64,000 nucleotides of DNA from an uncultured bacterium. Its GTDB lineage: Bacteria; Chloroflexota; UBA5177; JANWHV01. Within the stretch, counting starts at the first letter, position 1; the number at the start of each line of letters is the position of its first letter. Location: assembly GCA_963827235.1 (NCBI GenBank), contig CAWHAE010000012.1, positions 1,056,001-1,120,000 of the forward strand. The letters run 5' to 3'. This document shows, one piece after another, positions 61,569 to 64,000 of the stretch. The notes beneath the pieces were generated by a model that searched no databases, was not told the origin of the DNA, and was given only the letters and a program-made list of their open reading frames with translations. Position numbers and translations under genes: made by a program.

Positions 61569-63170
61569 ATGCCCACCAATCCGCTCGCCGACGCCCTGCT
61601 CACCGACGCCTACGAGTTCACCATGGCCTATGCCTGGTGGAAAGCCGGCACCCACCGGCGAAGCGCAGTCGCCGACCTGTTCTTCCGCCATAACCCGTTT
61701 GGCGGCGCCTTCACCGTCTTTGCCGGCTCCTCCGAAGTCGCGCGCTTCCTTGCCGGCTATCGGATTACTGACGAGCACATCGAGCGCCTGCACGCGGTCA
61801 TGCCGCCGGGCACCGAGGCGCGATTCTTCGACTGGCTCAAAGCAAGCACGCTGGATCAGGTCCGCGTCCGCGCCCTGCACGAAGGCACGCTCGCCTTCCC
61901 GCAACTTCCCTTGATGATCGTCGAAGGACCGATTGCGCAGGTTCAGCTACTCGAAACCGCGCTGCTCACTCTGATCAATTACGCCACCTTGGTCGCCACC
62001 TCCGCCGCCCGCCTTCGACTGGCCGCCGGTCCCGGCACACGCCTGCTGGAGTTCGGACTGCGGCGCGCGCCCGGCGTCGACGGGGGTATCTCGGCGAGCC
62101 GATACGCCTACCTGGGCGGTTTCGACGCAACCAGCAACGTCAAGGCAGCCGATCTGTTCCCGGAGCTGCCCGTCTCGGGCACCCATGCCCATGCGTTCGT
62201 CCAGAGCTTTCTCGGCCTCGAGGAATCGGCCACCGCCGACTTCCTGGCGGCCGACGGTAAGCCGTTCGATCTGAAGGCAGCGGCACTGCGCTATCGCACG
62301 GCGCTCGGCGCTCCGCGCACTCACGACGGAGAGCTAGCGGCCTTCCTCAGCTACGCCGGCGCTTACCCTTCAGGCTTCCTGGCGCTCATCGACACGTACG
62401 ATACCCTCAAGAGCGGGTTGCCTAACTTCCTTGCCGTAGCTCTCGCCCTGCACGACGCCGGCTACCGCCCGCTGGGCATCCGACTCGACTCCGGCGATCT
62501 GGCCTACCTGTCGCGCCAGGCTCGCGCCGCGTTCAAGTCGGCGACCGAACACTTCAACGTCCCATTCGACTCCCTGACGATCGTGGCCAGCAACGATATC
62601 GACGAGCGGACGCTCCTGGCGCTCAACGAGCAGAGACACGAGATCAATACTTTCGGCATCGGCACGCGCCTGGTTATGCCCGCCGAAGCGCTCGGTGCGG
62701 TGTATAAGCTGAGCGACGTGGCCGGGCACCCGCGCATTAAGGTGTCGAGCGACCCGGTAAAAACCACCATTCCCGGCCGCAAGAACGCCTACCGGCTGTC
62801 CGTCGCCGGCAACGGCGAGACGCGGCCGCTGGCCGTCGTGGACCTGATGACGCTGGGTGACGAGGAGCCGCCCGTGCCCGGCCGGCCGGTCCTCTGCCGC
62901 CACCCCTTCAACGAGGCCCAGCGCATGCGCGTCACGCCCGCGCACGTGCAGAACCTCTATGAGGTCATCTGGGACGGCAGCCTGCGGTCCGAAGCGGTCA
63001 GGCCGCTCGGTGAGGTGCGCTCCCACGTGCTCACGCAGCTGGCTTGCTTCCGGCAGGATCATCTTCGCGCCCTGAACCCCACGCCGTATAAGGTCAGTGT
63101 GAGCGCCCGACTGTATCAGTTTCTCCACGAGCTGCTGGCGAGCGAGGTTCCGATCACCGAGATCGGCTGA
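61569..63170 (+). CDS. pncB: Nicotinate phosphoribosyltransferase
   Basis: LLTDAYEFTM, LEFGLRRA, TSNV, GTHAHAFV, LIDTYDTL, GIRLDSGDL, IVASNDI, FGIGT. Confidence 0.95.
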   Translation: MPTNPLADALLTDAYEFTMAYAWWKAGTHRRSAVADLFFRHNPFGGAFTVFAGSSEVARFLAGYRITDEHIERLHAVMPPGTEARFFDWLKASTLDQVRVRALHEGTLAFPQLPLMIVEGPIAQVQLLETALLTLINYATLVATSAARLRLAAGPGTRLLEFGLRRAPGVDGGISASRYAYLGGFDATSNVKAADLFPELPVSGTHAHAFVQSFLGLEESATADFLAADGKPFDLKAAALRYRTALGAPRTHDGELAAFLSYAGAYPSGFLALIDTYDTLKSGLPNFLAVALALHDAGYRPLGIRLDSGDLAYLSRQARAAFKSATEHFNVPFDSLTIVASNDIDERTLLALNEQRHEINTFGIGTRLVMPAEALGAVYKLSDVAGHPRIKVSSDPVKTTIPGRKNAYRLSVAGNGETRPLAVVDLMTLGDEEPPVPGRPVLCRHPFNEAQRMRVTPAHVQNLYEVIWDGSLRSEAVRPLGEVRSHVLTQLACFRQDHLRALNPTPYKVSVSARLYQFLHELLASEVPITEIG

Positions 63171-63481
63171 CAGCAAGAGCGGTCTCCACTGCCTGCGCGG
63201 GCTTGGGGGCCGCCCGCTACGCCAGCACTCGGCACGGCCGGCGCTCGTCGGCAGAGTGTGTTTCGCAGCTCTCGACGCGTGCTGCGGCTCCCGTGGCGAA
63301 AGCCATGGGCCAATGTCGGGGTCGACGCCGTGCATGGTCGACCTCAGCAAGGTGGTAATCTGACAAGTGCGACGGTGGGGAAGCACTGCACGCTGGGTTG
63401 AACGAAGCGCATGCCCCGCGTCCTGCTTCAGGACGCGAAGAGTCTGAGCCGGCCGTTGCGCAGGCCCGGCAGAGGTGAGAC

Positions 63482-64000
63482 ATGTCACGCCGACCGTTGG
63501 GCGATGCGGGTGAAGGACCGCGGCTCGAGACCATCGCCGGATATCAGGTAATCGAGTGGCTCTGCGTGACGGGCAATGGCCGGCTGTGCCGAGCGAAACG
63601 CACTCTGGACCTCGCACCGGTGATCCTGAAGCTGCCCAATCCCGCCGGCATGACTCCTGCGCAGGTGACGGCCTTTCGCCATGAATACGATCTTCTTTCA
63701 CAGCTGAACGTGCCGGGCGTCGCTCGGCCCGTCGCCTGGATCGCGGCGCGAGAGCCGGCCATGGTGCTCGAGGACTTTCGCGGCGAGTCTCTGGCTACCG
63801 TGCTCAGTCGGGGCCGCCTCGGCATGAAACCGGCACTTCAGCTCGCCCGCGATCTGGCGCGAATCCTGGCCGGGCTGCACGCGGCGCACCTCGTCCATCG
63901 CGATCTCCGGCCTGCCAACTTCCTGGTCGACCTCAACGGGAGCACGCTCCGCCTCGTCGATTGTAGTCGTGCCTGCTACGAGGCCGACGCCCACCTGACC
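63482..64000 (+). CDS. Ser/Thr protein kinase-like domain at the N-terminus of a larger protein, runs off the window
   Basis: My translation from ATG 63482: GYQVIEWL...PVILK...FRHEYDLL...MVLEDFRGESL...LVHRDLRPANFLV...LVDCS. Absent from the ORF track because it has no stop within the window. Confidence 0.85.
   Translation, partial: MSRRPLGDAGEGPRLETIAGYQVIEWLCVTGNGRLCRAKRTLDLAPVILKLPNPAGMTPAQVTAFRHEYDLLSQLNVPGVARPVAWIAAREPAMVLEDFRGESLATVLSRGRLGMKPALQLARDLARILAGLHAAHLVHRDLRPANFLVDLNGSTLRLVDCSRACYEADAHLT

Overview
High-GC bacterial chromosomal window. The gene style suggests Chloroflexota, but that is inference only. Many single-base frameshifts look like long-read indel errors. Left part (1-14 kb): housekeeping and metabolic genes (ModC-like ATPase, ThpR-like phosphoesterase, histidine phosphatase, zwf, S9 peptidase, typA, EamA, Zn-ADH, isochorismatase, nfi) and a candidate free-standing structured RNA at about 8.0-8.16 kb. 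14-26 kb: a sugar-catabolic locus that couples a GH38 alpha-mannosidase and a sugar ABC transporter to a glycyl radical enzyme with a non-canonical GCNW Cys loop and its activase. 29-40.5 kb: a signalling island (HTH-5xGAF-6xPAS histidine kinase, disrupted photoglobin/B12-binding protein, GntR-receiver regulator, cheW, MCP) bracketed by two diverged ~145-bp direct repeats. 40.5-45 kb: gene remnants, including a CcdA-like gene with TGA at both conserved cysteine positions (possible selenoprotein), followed by a palindromic dif-like site at 45102-45129 that suggests the replication terminus. Right part: a ~1640-aa secreted beta-repeat protein, a LacI-controlled glycoside hydrolase/ABC/GH31 locus with five visible operators, Rieske and reductase remnants, a eukaryote-like nicotinate phosphoribosyltransferase and the start of a Ser/Thr kinase. 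No rRNA, tRNA, CRISPR array or transposase was recognised.
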